A stretch of 64,000 nt of DNA. It comes from Folioceros fuciformis. Lineage: Eukaryota. Made by a program: the position numbers and the translations under genes. Within the stretch, counting starts at the first letter, position 1. Each line of letters begins with the position of its first letter. The DNA is taken from the NCBI GenBank assembly GCA_049999805.1, contig JBNGIO010006191.1:162151-226150 (forward strand), read 5' to 3'. Below the pieces are notes generated by a model. That model did no database searches. It was given only the letters and a program-made list of their open reading frames with translations, and was not told where the DNA came from. This document shows positions 35,461-49,700 of the stretch, in pieces.

Positions 35461-36236
35461 CGTTCAGAAACCCCTGTTCGGAGATGATTACGGCAGGGGT
35501 CTTGGGTGGTATCCTGAATCACAACGCCACCCGCAAAGACAGGACTGGGCACTGTTTTCCATTGCTTACCTACCAGAACAAAACAGACGTTTTGGTTTCC
35601 AAAGTTTGTGCATGTGCATGTGCAGGTCATAACCCATGGCATGCCCTTCCTCTCCCCTCACCCCCTCTCTCCTCTTTTCGGGAGTAGGATGCTGCGACCG
35701 GCAAACGCAACCCATGGCTACATTCGCCCTTTGCCCTGGATGGAGATGTGACTTCAACGTGCTGCAGACCACAATTGTTCCTTTACTTCGCAATCTTCAT
35801 TTCAAATCTTCAGAGCTTAAGGATTTTGAGTATGTTAGAAAAGTATGGACTAGCCTTTATTGAGAGAAAATAAGAGTACTCACCATGATCATACAACTCA
35901 TATTCTATGTGTCTAACAAAATTGAGTGAGTGTGATCCACCAAGGAAACAAAACTTCAAGAGGACACATTAACAAGCTGAAGAACTTGGTGATTTAATAA
36001 ACGTAATAGATCATCCAAAAAAAAGATCATGAATATTTAGTTGGTTTTGAGGAGGGTGGTAGGAAAAGATCGTGGTGTTGTTGAGTTTCTTACCATCCAC
36101 CTACAAGCCATTTGTGTTGGTTTTGAGGCCAGAGATAGGAAAAGATCATCATGGTGTTGTTGAGTATCTCCACCTACAAGCAATTTGTGTCCATTTTGAG
36201 GACATTTTGTAAGAGTGCCTCCAATCATTACTTGCA

Positions 36237-36515
36237 GACTAGCAACCAAGCACTAAACTAGCAGACTAGACTAGCAACAAAGCATTCGACTGGTAGACTA
36301 GCAACCAAGCACTAGACTAGCAGACTAGCAACAAAACATTCGACTAGTAGACTAGCAACCAAGCACTAGACTAACAGACTAGCAACAAAACATCCAACTA
36401 GTAGACTAGCAACCAAGCACTAGACTAGCAGATTAGCAACAAAACATCCGACTAGTAGACTAGCAACCAAGCATCAAACTAGTAGACTAGCAACCAAGCA
36501 TTAGACTAGCAACAA
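36237..36515 (+). repeat. Compound tandem repeat with about 54-bp period (GACTAGCAACCAAGCACTAGACTAGCAGACTAGCAACAAAACAT.CGACTAGTA)
   Basis: About five visible copies. Confidence 0.9.
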
Positions 36516-36599
36516 AAGATCAGATAGTTGGATTTTGTTTACAAGAGGAGGTGAAGAATTCTTCCAAGAAAAAGGACCACGACAACTCGGTGCTAGTTT

Positions 36600-36755
36600 T
36601 CAAAATGGGGAACTACAAGGAAGACCTATAAAAAGCACAAGAGAGAGCCTCAAAATGGAGAAAACTACAAGGAAGGCATATGAAAAACACAAGACAGAGC
36701 ATCAAAATGGAGAAAACTACAAGGAAGGCCCATAAAAAACACAAGAAAGAGCCTC
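36600..36755 (+). repeat. Tandem repeat of about 51 bp x3 (CAAAATGGAGAAAACTACAAGGAAG...CACAAG)
   Basis: Copies at about 36601, 36651 and 36703. Confidence 0.85.
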
Positions 36756-36962
36756 ACAGTTCTCCCTTATGTTTTTTTGCTTTTTTTTTTGCAAAGAATA
36801 CCTATTCGTCATTGTCTCCTTTTCAGGAAAAAAATTTCCCCTCCTCTTGCAACTTCAATGTTGCTTGCAAAGCTTCTTGCTTATGCACATTGCTACTATC
36901 GTCTTAAAGGCCAACACAAATTGAATATTGCTATCGTTGTCTAAAGGCCAATACAAATTGCT

Positions 36963-37118
36963 TGTATGTTTAAGCTACTTAACAACACCACAATGTATGG
37001 TTAAGCTACTTAACAACACCACAATATATGTTTAAGCTACTTAACAACACCATAATGTATGTTTAAGCTACTTAACAATACCACAATGTATGTTTAAGCT
37101 ACTTAACAACACCACAAT
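36963..37118 (+). repeat. 31-bp tandem repeat x5 (TGTATGTTTAAGCTACTTAACAACACCACAA)
   Basis: Five adjacent copies. Confidence 0.95.
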
Positions 37119-37199
37119 GAGCTTTCCTTCAAAACGTCTGAAGACCGCTACCTTCTTTAGCAAACCATACAAGTCAAAGCGAGAGCTTATATGAATCAT

Positions 37200-38300
37200 G
37201 GTTGGACAAACCAAACCAGGTCAAAGCAAAAGCAAATAAGGTTACAAGCAAAAACTTCATAGCATATCATTTAGCATTACATAGTATATATCATTTAGCA
37301 TTACTAAAGATGGAGCAAGCCCAAGTCAAGGCTGAACAACTAACCATGCAACGACCTTTGGAAATGCATTTTTTCAAAAAAGGATAAAGAGATTCTTAAT
37401 TTGTTGAAGTTTACTTATTTCATTGCTAAGAAGAATTTAAGTTTCCATATGTACGAGCATCTTTGTGAATTCATGGGGGCTATTGGAGTGGAAGGCATAT
37501 TTTACAGATAGTGCTTGCAAGGAACATGTAGTTCTTATAGCCAATTTTTTACTCAACGAACAAAAGAAGAAAAGAAGAGGTTGTGTGCAAGTCCATGGTA
37601 TAGCCAATTTTTTACTCAACGAACAAAAGAAGAGGTTGTGTGCAAGTCCATGGTATGGGATACTCATAGATGAGGATGATACACAATATGTACAAAGTTG
37701 ATAGGGTGAGTATGAGAAGTAGAAAGCTTTTCTTTTTTAATAAAAGCTTGAAAACAACTCATGAAGTTTATAAGGGTTTTCTAATATTTGACTATTTTGA
37801 AAGCGATATAAGTTCTTGTATTACTAGTGCTAACAATATGCTTTAGCTTGTGGATATAGTGAATAATAAGTTTCCTGATCTTTTTGTCTTGCATGCTTGT
37901 TATCTATTCAGTCCTAAACCTAAATTTTATTTTGAAGATATAAATGAACATATACAGTTTGTTAGAGGTATTGTTAAAAAAGTTTGGAACTAACTCTTTG
38001 AATGCAAATCCTAATGTTGTTGACTCTTTTGTGGTTGATGAGGTGTGTCAAGTTGAGTTGCTAACATTTGTAACCATCTTAAAGTCTTCTTGTGTTGGAT
38101 TGAGTATATTAATAGCTTACAAAATATACTCAACAACTGGGGAGTGGATAGTACTAACACCCTTATGTCTTTGGGAATTATGTTTGGTCATACCTTGTAG
38201 TTCTGGTATATGGGAGTGGGGATTTTCTAAACAAAACTTTGTGCTGAATAAGGGGAGACGAGAACTAATCTTAATATTCGGACCTTCGATGCATTGATGA
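37200..38300 (+). mobile_element. Decayed hAT-type (ZNF862-like) transposase
   Basis: Fragments QRPLEMHF, YFIAK, LCASPWYGILIDE and C-terminal PCSSGIWEWGFSKQNFV, which resembles the hAT dimerisation motif P.S.A..ERGFS.QN; AT-rich with many stops. Confidence 0.6.
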
Positions 38301-39648
38301 GTATATCCATTAATGGTCCTCTTGTTAAGGAAATAGATTGGAAAGGTATTTTTAACGCCCGGAAAAACCAGCCCCATGATAGAATATATTAGACATTTAT
38401 ATTTATATTTATATTATATTAGTCTTTCTAAATATTTATTTCATATTTATTATATTTAGTAACCAAGGGCCGCAAAAAGGCACGGTCCCTGCTGGGTCTG
38501 GGACCGAGCGTAGCCAGGCAAGGCGGTCCCGGGGACTGAGATAAAACTCCGTCAAAATGACACCCTGCTGCACAGCCGCAGCGCACACGGCCATCCCTGT
38601 GACGCCTCATCCACACGGCCGCTTGCAAGCTCTACCTGCCGCGAGTGAGCGACATCAGACCTAGAATTCTCGCCACCGGGGCGATCGCATCCAATGCGGA
38701 GTAGACCTAATGCAGGAGCGCGGAACAGCAACAGCAACAGTCTGTTTACTCACTGCTCCGCTTCCTTCACCTTACAGCCTTACAACTCTTTGCGCACACC
38801 GTGGCTTAGCCACAACGTGACTCACACGACGTGGCCATAGCCGGAGTACTTGTTCGAGGTATCCTCGCCAATTCACGTTGTCAGACTAAATGAAAGCTCA
38901 CCAGCTGTCAGTACTGAGAATATGGGAGAGAAGTGCCACCAGGCCCGTACATCCCAAGTTGCACTTGCAAACTCGCTTGAGGAATTCCCTTTGCCCCCTG
39001 GAATGCATGCACATCTGCGTCAAAGGACGACTTTTCACCAACTGTGGACCTGACCAACAGCGTGAGGCCACACATTCCCCGTCATCCACAACAGTGAAGG
39101 ATGGGGATCAAGGTGGGGTCATCGAATCGTTGGCCTGCGCTATCATATCAAGCAGGCAGCACTCGTTCTTTAAATTCCAAGTTCATCATTCACAATAGTC
39201 ACAATAGTATCTACTGATATCTGCATGTAAAATACTTCTACTAGAAAAATTAAAACTATAAAGCTATTCTACCCTTCCTGTCTTCGACAGCATGCAGAAC
39301 AAGTGTTTAGCAGGGTGCATCCCCGGCATGAGACAGACTCCATTGCTATCCAAAGTGATCCTCTACTTTCAACACCGGCAAATTCCCCAAAAAGCTGGGC
39401 AACCCAGACATCCGTCCAAGCACAAAGGATTACAAGTTGACATCGCCGCCGACACGGAAGAGAATGATGGCGGTATTCATAGCCTGGCAATCAAATGGTA
39501 GTACTGTACATATATGCTCGGAGAAGGACGCTTTCAATGCCAGTCGGAGTGACTCTTCCAAACATATAACTACTACCAGGGATCAATCCCCTCTTCCATG
39601 GGAGAGGAGCCAGTCGGCTACCTTTCAAGCGGGTATACATGGTACAGA

Positions 39649-41190
39649 TTATGTCATGCTATCAATGAGGGAGGCGCGCATCTCATTTACAATGGCAGAT
39701 GGTTGAGCTTCCCTCAGCTTGAAGACGCTCTCCACCACAGAGATTTCGGTGGCTGTTGTGTCTGAGCCACAGAAAGCGGTCCAATCGTTGGCAATGAGGC
39801 CGGCACCAATAACCTCGCTGCCTCGGTTGACGGTTCCCGCCACCAAGGGTACTTGCAACAAGGTTGACAACTCGTCCAGGTCCTCGATTGATGTGTGAGG
39901 ATGCACCTGTGTTTCAAGTTCGATCACATACATCACCCCTCTTCATTACCGTCCACTAGCGAAGCAATTTCTCTCCCTCTCCCTCTCATGTCCAGTCATA
40001 AAAACAGAACTCACCAGCCCTCCCCTGTTGGAGATCACGCAATAGCTACCGACAAGAATGTTCCCAGCCACTGTCTGACGGAAAACCTCCACACCGAGAA
40101 CATCTGCTAACAGCTCCTCAGTTTCCTGCAGGGGCATATGGGAAATATCAGCGAATGTCTTTCAGGATCCATCAATCCACGCAAACGTGGACAGGCCTCT
40201 GAAAAGCAAGCACAACTGATTACGAAGGCTCTACTTCAGGAATGTCGATGCTCAGGGAATACAAACTGATGATATAGCACAGCCAAGTTAGCAGTAGCTG
40301 AACTTGTCGCTGGATTAGGAGTTCATCATTGCATCCACACCACAACATGAGGTAGCCACTACGCTGACATAAAACAAGGCTGCCCCTGAACTATCTGGAA
40401 CTTACCCGGTCCAAGTCTGTATGGATTAAAGCAACATAGTCATTGCAAGTGACATTGTTCCCAAGGGCACAAAGCCTTTCATCCACTCTTTGAACAACCA
40501 CACTGTCAGGAAGGCAATTCCTCACGTGTAATAACTCTGCAATCGACAACCAACAAATGTCCAGGAGTTACATTAAACCCCTCCACGACTCCACACACGC
40601 AACACAAGCGTAGCAGGTACGCACCTTGATCAGTGGTCGAGTTGGGTACCAATAGGCCATTCTTGTTGCCTGCGAAGCAACAGAAAAACAACACAGATAA
40701 TGTCAGATCCTACAAATAGCTGAAAGAAGCATACATCTTCCATTCAACTAACCTGTGCACATGCGGCCAATTATTCTTGACCCTGCAATAGAAGTTTTCA
40801 CCACAGGTATGACGTCTGCGAGCTCCGCCTCGAAGGTACTGGACAAAGTAAAACTCCAACGGCGTCAGTACAACCCCGCATGCCAAAACGTGAGCCAGTC
40901 TGCAGATACTCTACCCCTGCTCGTACCTGTAGAAATTCTCAGACCCTCCAATTGCAACTAGACAGTACGCGTTGGTGAGCTTTGAAAAGACCCCAATGTC
41001 ACTGCTATTCTCAAACTGCAGACCTGCAGCAGCCGCAACCGCACTAACTCAGGATCACAGCGTTCTACAAGGGAAATCGGGTCGTGCAAAAATGACAACC
41101 TATGACTCAATTTCAGTTTGGTACTCCAAATCCTGCCTCAGCATTCAAGACGCCACACTCGGGTGTTTGCGCAGTCTTACGGGTCGCCAT
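39649..41190 (-). CDS. eIF6: Eukaryotic translation initiation factor 6, multi-exon (10-nt first coding exon 41181-41190)
   Basis: [85 protein letters not shown]. Confidence 0.96.
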
Positions 41191-41682
41191 GCTGGAAACA
41201 GATTAAGAGACGTTGCTCTAGCCGTCGAGAAAAGACTTGCCGCTGCTCACAGTCCTTCTCGTATGCTAGACAACAAATAGCAGGAATATCCACGGAGTTC
41301 ACTCAGCGCCCGTATCCCTCCTAGACAGCCTTGGATCCCTCGAGTAATGCGGCAGCGACTGCTACAGCACGTGAAAGAACAGCCGCTCCCCGGTCTTCCG
41401 ATAACGCCGCAACGCGATTTCCACTTTCGCAGAGATTCTGCTTCCACAATATGGTCCGTGAAGGCCGGTTTATGGTGCGTTAGGGCTGCCGTGCCCCTTA
41501 CTCCTTGTGCAATTCTGTGCCACTTTCATCGTTCTGTGTATAATGGAACGATTTTCACACTAGTTACAGGGCTACCGTTTTCAGGGTTTGGATGAAGAAG
41601 CAGGCAGCAAGCCATCATTGGAAGTTGCCGAATGTGAAGATTCCCAACCTGGCTCACAAGGAAAGTACACTCGCAATGCGGG

Positions 41683-43949
41683 ATGGCCAGCTCCGGTAGA
41701 ATTGCTCTGAGGCGACTATATACTGTGGAGAAGGCCATCAGACGCTCCTCCAGGTTGTCTTGTTCGCTAGAACATCTGAGGAACGATACTCTTTGCGGCG
41801 GGGCATTGTCTGCAGAGACCAGTTCAGCCCGGTGGCCCTCATGTAGTAACAGGACCAACTGGAATGATTCTGGTATTGCAACAGGCAGGTGGAAGGGAGC
41901 CGGCGCACATGATGTGAGTTCTGGTTTTAAGCCGGCATATGTTGAGAAGGGTGTGGATGGCCCCCGTACACCCGTGGCTCGAGGTTGGGGAATTGGATCT
42001 GGGAGAAATTTCTTCCGCGAGGTTGAAAGGCAGACAGATGCCTCCGCTTTCAGCTCCCCTGTAGGAGGCAAGCCGGAAAATGTTGGAGTTGATGAGGAAG
42101 CCTCGACTTCTGGCGATGGCACGAATACAGGGTCGGGAGCCTTTCAGATTTCAGAATTGGAAAGCATGTTGAAGCAATTGTTGGAGGAGCAGTCACCAGA
42201 CAATTTCAAGATCGCCATGATTTCTTTAAGGCTGGGCCAGGAATACGAAGCGAGAGGCGCTGCCCCTGACAAGGTTCTAGAGTTTGCAAACCGAGCACTG
42301 AATACCTTTGAAGCTGAGGATGAAGATTCGGTGGAAGTTGGAATGTGCCTGCATTTGATTGCCGCGGTGTACCACAAGATGGGCAAGCACGATCGGTGCC
42401 TTACGTACCTGTCTAGAGCACAAAAGATTTTGGAGAGCAAGCACTCTAGCGAGTATAGTGCACTGAAATTTGCCGTCTACTTTCTGTTCGGCAACGCCTT
42501 GACTGCTAAAGGTATGTTTGAGGAGGCCCTGTCTAACTACTGCATCGGGGTTTCGATTCAGGAAACCATATTGGAGGCTGGACACCCTCAACTGGGAGGT
42601 ACCTTCAGGCATCTGGCCCAGGCTTATGCGCAGGTCATGCAATTTAAAGAGGCTATTGAGTATGCCAACAGGGCTTTGAATATTCATGTGAAGAATCATG
42701 GTCCGGGTTCCATGGAGGAGGCAGCTGATCGTCGCCTACTGTCTGCACTTCACGGAGCCACACAAGACTACGACACAGCTCTGGATCATCAGAAACGTGT
42801 GCAGGATATCTTGAGGGCCAATAATTACGGTCCAGAGAAGGGCTACACCGACATCGCTGTTGCTGATCTGCAATTCAACCTCGGCAAGTAAGGATCCGTG
42901 TGAAAGTCATGAGTGGCAAACTTTGTTCAGATGCTATTTCATGCTTTTGTCCCTGTGAAATTAACTTCCTTCGATTTGTGCTCAGGTATGATGATGTGAT
43001 TTCTTCTTTGACCGCTGCGCTATCTGAATTGGTGCCTGGTAGTCTGGTTCATTCTTTAGCTTCTGTCTCCTTGGCCAAAGCTTATGTCCGGAAGAGAAGG
43101 AAAGAGGAAGCAAAGGAGCTGTGCGACAGGGCAGTTTCTAGTTTCGCTGAGCTTGGAGATTTGGACCATGATGGAATGATTGGTGTTGCACAAGGCTTCT
43201 CTGAGCTGGCTGCTATATATGAGATGATGGATGAGCCCAATGAGGCACTTGAGGCTTTAAAGCAGTCACTTAGTCTGTCTGAAAGGGTTCCGGGCCAGAT
43301 CCATGCGGTGGCTGGTACCCAGGCCCAAATTGGAATGCTTCTTCTTTTTATTGGGAAAGTTGACGAAGCTCTTCCGTATATGCAAGGAGCTGCAGCAAAG
43401 CTTAGGGAGAGCTTGGGCCAAAATCATCATGCTCTTGCCCTGGTTCTTAATCAGCTAGGGGTTGCCAACACAGAGTTGGAAAGAGTTGATGTGGCTGTGG
43501 GGCACTTCGAAGAATCCAAAGATATTTTGCTCAATGCTTACGGTCCGGACCACGATGATACTCTCGCCGTCTTTCAGAATCTTGTTGGTGCTTACAGCGT
43601 TCTTGAAAGGTACGCGGTGGCTCTGCATGGGTACCTGTGTTTGTTGGTGATATTCAATGTTGTGAAGGTCATCTGGCCATACGTACACGTATAGAGAATT
43701 TTTGTGGTAACATCTATGGGATACTCACGTCATGGGGTGATTGTGTGCAGGTGGGACAAGGCCTTAGAATGCCAACAACATATAGTCACGGAGTGGACCA
43801 AGCTCGGCCAGGAGGCATCGTCGACGTTTAGAGAAGCTGTGGAGAATCTAGAGGGGCTACAGGAAAAAGTTGGACAGCTCTGTACCCCGTATAGCTCTCA
43901 GGCTACCGAAGAGCGTCGGGCGCCGCAAACTACTTCTGCGAGATCGTGA
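41683..43949 (+). CDS. TPR-repeat protein (kinesin light chain-related / TPR_12 type) with organellar-transit-like N-terminus; exons 41683-42887, 42986-43609, 43751-43949
   Basis: KLC-type TPR repeats (GHPQLGGTFRHLAQAY, ALNIHVKNHGPGS, LGQNHHALALVLNQLG, YGPDHDDTLAVFQNL); GT-AG introns restore the frame. Confidence 0.85.
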
Positions 43950-46157
43950 GCAATGAATCATTAACGATTCTGATAGCATCTAGCAGGCAGGCGGGGATAA
44001 CGGTAGTCCCGATTCCGCATGCGAACCTGAGACGAGTCTCTCGTGAGGGATCAACCCTACGTCATCTTGAAAACGAATTTGAGGGGTCCAGTCAGGTCGC
44101 GCATTCTCACATTGCTTGCGCACGTACTTGGTGGAAACACAACTTGAGAAAAAGAATTTGTCGCGCGTCCGATGCGGCACAGGCAAAAGGTACCTACTTT
44201 GAACTTTATTTTAAACGCGTCCCAGTTTCCAACAACTGGAGCGAGTATATACTCGCCTAAGTTGATTACACTCACCAAAATTGATATCCAAAATTGATAT
44301 TAATGAAGAACACATGACTAAACGTTGGCCACTCCAGGCAGTGGAATATTCATGGTTCCTGCCATCGTTTTGGCCTTTAATACGTCTTAGGTGTGCAACA
44401 GCTTAGCTTAGCTTACAACAACAATCATCTGAAAATGATTTTAGTTACATAACAATCTTGAGGAAACAAATGTACAAGTTAAGCATCTCATTGTACATGT
44501 TTATTATGGTAATCTACTTTTCTGATCATTGTTGTGAAACAATTCAACATGAGTTAGCCACAACAAATTTCATAGGCGACGACACTCGAGGTTACTCTTG
44601 TGGGGGAAGGTTGGCATTAAACGATGCCACTAGTCTCCTACTTCTACAAGCTGGTGTGTCTACCCTCATTGAAGGAGCAGCAGAACTATTCCCAGGAGGA
44701 CATCCTTATGAAGTTTTGTACACCATCCCAACTTATTTCAAAGGTGTAGCATCATGCATATATCAAATCCCCGACATGGTAACATCGGGGCATTGTTTTG
44801 CACTCTTGTTGAAGTTGACAACGGAGTTGATGGAGGACTATTGTGTTGGATATCTAAGTGCATCATACATCAAAATAGGATATTACAATGTATACTACAA
44901 TCTTGAACCCCCAAGTCCCCCTTCCGACGTTTGTCTTCCACCCAAGTAAAAAATAATAGCAACAAGTTGTATTGACCAGTTGGGACGCTTGTGAGCTTGT
45001 TTCATTGAAATTTCACAAACCAATCTATTGTTCCTTTCTTCTTCCAATGCTTACAATGATCCCACTAACTTGGCACAAGCAAGATCTCTCACAAAACTAT
45101 GGGCACTAAGAACGCTATTATTGTAAGTGAATGAATTAATCACGTCGTCACGAGATATAATGTAATAAGGTAGATGCATAAATTACATTTTGATATAAAT
45201 TAAAATGAGACGCACATGGGACGAAAAGGTGAGTGGCCCGGTGGATAAATGAGCGAGATGGCGCACGTGTGTGCAGAGGTAGTTCGGGGAGCAAGGGGCG
45301 TAGGCCGCGTCGGGCATCGGGCATCGCGCTCCCTTCACAAATATATGCACATAATTACGTAAAGCCTGGAATGAGGCGTACGGCCGGCACGCCGTATGGG
45401 CCTTATGTCCACGCCACACAAGCCGCATTTCAACCTCATCATGTCCAGCATGCCCCCATGCCAACACGGAACCGGATGCTGGGCCCCACAAACTTTTATG
45501 CTACAGTGCATGCATGCAGCCCCCATCCCATCCCTTTCGACGGATCCCAGCCCTCCGGCGGGGGCCCCGGGGTCCGTGGACAGCGTGGGCCCCACACGGA
45601 TCCCCGTCCAAGTCCCGCCCAAATCCCACCCGACCCGGCCCGGCCCGACCGCCTCTATACCCTTCCGTGTCTTTTAGGGCCTTGTACATACATTCAATTC
45701 AGAAATGGGCACTTTTTCCCGAGAGGCCGGGTGCCAAGCTGGTAAGAAAAAGTAGCTTTCCGGTGAACACTCTGTGTGCGCTACTTTCTCACCGTGAATG
45801 AAAGCATTAATTTTCCACTTCCGGACCAGGGTCAGCTTACAAAAAGAAAAAGTATACCGCACATTTCTTCACGACTGCGTAGAAAAGAGATTTCATGAAG
45901 CCACAAGGGACGGGGACGTCGCCGTTGCCGTTGCCGTTGCCCCTGTTGATGCGCAACACAGGATACTGTATGTATATTGAAGCCTGAAACGGCCTTCTGA
46001 CTTCGCGGGAGAGATGGAACTGCAGGCAAGGATGCTAACGATCTGCCCGATTCGGGCTCACGACGCAGCTCGATGGCCACACACACAGTTCAGCTACAAT
46101 GGCGGCCTACCTATCCTCTCCTGGATTGGGCCTCCTCCATCCATCTCCCGTGCGACG

Positions 46158-46211
46158 GGGCCAGGGCCAGGGCCAGGGCCAGGGCCAGGGCTAGGGCTAG
46201 GGCCAGGGCCA
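46158..46211 (+). repeat. Hexamer microsatellite (GGGCCA/GGGCTA)n
   Basis: About nine consecutive GGGC(C/T)A units. Confidence 0.95.
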
Positions 46212-46780
46212 TTGCCTGGGCCTGCCTCCGCCTGCGTCCATCCTGTCCAGAGCCACATTTGGTAGTCGTTGCTGCACGCTGGAACCGCCACACGCTTGCA
46301 AAAATGTGCCACCTTTCTTCATTCCGTTAGGGTGTCTGAATGGTTTCCCGGTCGTCGGTCCCGGATCCTTGGGCCCGGTCTTGGGAAAGCCAAGGATTGC
46401 ATTTACTGTCTGGATGGCTGTCGGCATGAGCTGTATCAAATCAGGCTCTTGCTTCTGGCATGGCAGTCCGCTTGTCTACAACGCTCTGCGCTCCTGGTGG
46501 TTGGGGAGGAGTACAAGGTATAATTTACAGTCTGGATGCTCAGACCTTGGACGCGTGCACTGCACAAGTTGCTCCCTCTCGATGACGCTTATGAGAAAGC
46601 CTTGGTAGTTTAGTGTAAAGAGGGAGGGATCTGAATGTCCAAGTGGGGCACCCGGGACCTTTAAGTGGCCTTCGCTTGTGCTAGGAGCCTAGCCTCTTGA
46701 ATGCCCAGTGCTGGCGTGTTGGCCGGCTCGCTCGGAGCAGCTTAAAGCGCTTTAGGACCTTGTTTTCAAGCTTTGGGGCT

Positions 46781-49700
46781 ATGGCGGATCCGGGGAGTGA
46801 GCCTGAGCCTCAGTTGCTGGCGTTGCTGGCTGACCTCGAGTCCGAGTCGCCAACGCTGCAACAACTCGCGTCCGTGGACCTGTGGGGGAGCTATTTCGAT
46901 TGCGATTGCCAGGACGGGGAGTGCCAACACCGCGGACAGTGGCACTGGGATGTGCGCTTGCGGTTGCTCACAGCCATCGGCAACTGCCACACGCTCGCCA
47001 CCATTCACCTCAATCCGCTCTGGCTCTTGACGGGTTGCAGCGTGAGGGAGGGCGAGGCCCTGGCGCTTTTCTCAGGCTTGCAGAACAACCCTGTGCTGCA
47101 GGAGCTGGATTTGTGCGGCTACAAGGGCTTTGTCACCACACCAGCTTGCCGGCAGGCACTCACTGCGGTCGTCCGCTCAACGTACCGCTCCTTGGATTTC
47201 CTCGGACTGCAACATGTGGGCTTGACTGCCCACGGACTGGGTGACATCGGTGCAGCCCTTTGGCGCAATGTCTCCGGCTCCGTCCTCTCTGGCTTGGCTT
47301 TGTGCGGGAACCACATTGGGAATGCTGTCGGGGCGCACCACTTGGCTCAAATCCTCACCAACTCGCCCGCGCTCCGCACTCTCTGGATTGGCGAGATAGG
47401 CATGGACGAGGAAGGAGCGGCGCTCATCGCACGCGCCCTGGCGCAGACCACCACGCTCACACAGCTTCGAATCGGAGATGCCGTGCCAGGGAATGTGCCC
47501 ATGCACATCATTCCCCTGCTCCAAGCTTTGGTGTGGCCCGATGACTCCGACGAGTTTTGGGATTCTCCTCCTCCTCCTGGGCCTGCTGCTTTCAATTACT
47601 CCATCACTCTGCTTACTATCGACTGTCCGGGAGGGCAGGAGGCTGTGGAGCCGGGGCTGGGAGAGGCCCTGGCTCGGGTGCTTCGGTCTAACCGTGCTCT
47701 CGATCAGCTCTGGGTTGCCAGCTTCTTCGTCACTCGCGGGTTGGGAGGGCTGCGCGACAACACCACCATCACGACGCTCCAAGTGAGGCACAGGCTGTCT
47801 TCCCACGATGCTGACATGGATCCTCTGCTGCTATCCATCCTTGGGGAGTGCAACACAATCCAGGAGCTGCAGCTCGAGTTTGAGAAGCCCTTCCGTGCTT
47901 GTGGCTTCACCAAGGAACTCTTCCAGGGCTTGAAGGATAACAAACCTGGCGTCAAGAGGCTCAGGTTGGATGGCTGGGACGGGCTCGACGACCACATGTT
48001 TCAAGACCTGATTCAATCTCTCCCCACCAACACCAGCCTGGAGGACGTTTCTATCAAGGGCACCTCGTGGGAACAGCAAGGCAAGACGAAAAAATTGGTG
48101 AAAACGTTGAGGGACACGAGAGTGGAGCCGCATCTGTTGGCGTTGCTTGCAGAGTTGGAGTCCGAGTTGCCTGTGCTGCAACGACTCCCACCTTTGGATC
48201 TCTGGGGGAGCTACTTCAATTGCACTTGCCAGGACCAGGAATGTTATCACCGCGGGGAGTGGCAGTGGGAGGTGCGCCTGCGCCTGCTCAAAGCCATCGG
48301 CAATTGCCGCACGCTGAGGAAGATTCGGCTCAATCCTGCTTGGAGGACGGGTTACAGCGTGACGCAGCAGGAGGCGTTGGCGCTGTTTTCGGGCTTGGAA
48401 CACAACCTTGTGCTGCGGGAGCTGGATTTGTGTGGCTACCAGGGATTTGTGACCACACCAGCCTGCGTACAGGCACTGACAGCTGTCATCCTGACATCGT
48501 ATCGCTCATTGGAGGTCCTGGATTTGCGGTATGCGGGATTGAGCGCAGATGGGCTGGGTGACATCGTTTCAGCTCTGCTACGCAATGGCACCTCCTCAGT
48601 CCTTACAAGATTGGCTCTCTGCGGAAACCACATCGGAAATGCTGTCGGGGCGCAACACCTGGCCGACCTCCTCATCGACTCGCTCACGCTGCGCAGTATC
48701 TCGATTAGGAACATAGGCATGGACGAGGAAGGCGCAGTGCTCATCGCAGAGGCCCTGGCGTACACCTCCACACTGACCGGGCTTAGGATAGGAGATGAGG
48801 TGCCTTGGAAACCAACGAAAACGCATCCAGCGCCCATGCTCACCACTCTCCTGCTCCAGGCATTGGTGTGGCCTGAGTCCTCACATCCGACTTCGCGGGG
48901 CCAAGGCCTCAACAATGAGAAGGATGGGGGTTTGATTACGAGATGGAAGGATATGGGTCATGGCTTTCTCTCGGGATTGAATCACCCGCGGAGTGGCAGA
49001 GGCTTAAAGGACGACCTCATGGATGCTGTTGCTATTCCACTACTCCAAGCTGTCCCTCCGGATCAGGATTCGGCGAGGTGTTCTGGCGCTCGTATTCCCC
49101 CTCCCACTGTTTACAATCGCTCCGTCACGTCGCTTGTCGTTGAGTGTCGTGGGGGCCAGCAGGTCGTGGACCCGGGGCTGGGAGAAGCCTTGGGTCGCGT
49201 CCTTCGCTCCAACCGTGCTCTCAGTGAGCTCTGGATTGATAGCTTCTTCATCGCTTGCGGATTGGAATCGCTGCGTGAGAGCAGCAACATCACCAAACTC
49301 AAACTGGTTCACTCCAAGCACTCGGACGACGATGACATGGATCCTATGCTGATCGAGGTCCTTCAAGAGTGCAAGACTGTTCGGCATCTGCAGCTTCAAT
49401 TTGAGAAGCCCTTCGGTCCATGCGCGTTCACCAAGGCGTTTTTCCAAGGGTTACACAGCAACCGCAGCATCAAGAGGCTCGTCTTGGATAGCTGGGATGG
49501 ATTGGATGATGATATGTTCCACGATTTGATGGGCTCTCTTGGACATGACTCCAACAACGTTCTAGAGAAAATCTCTTGTAAGAAAACATCCTGGGAGAGG
49601 GAAGGCTATGTCAAGATCATCGACAGCAGGCTTGCCCTCCTAAGAGCCACGCGAAACCGCAAGGTATGTGTCCCAGCTGGCCACCCAGTTGTCTTCATCG

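Noticed and set aside
36963-37118. 31-bp repeats as a CRISPR array
   Set aside because: Head-to-tail tandem copies with no spacers and no cas genes.
38550-39500. Short ORFs downstream of eIF6
   Set aside because: No recognisable motifs; likely UTR or decayed sequence.
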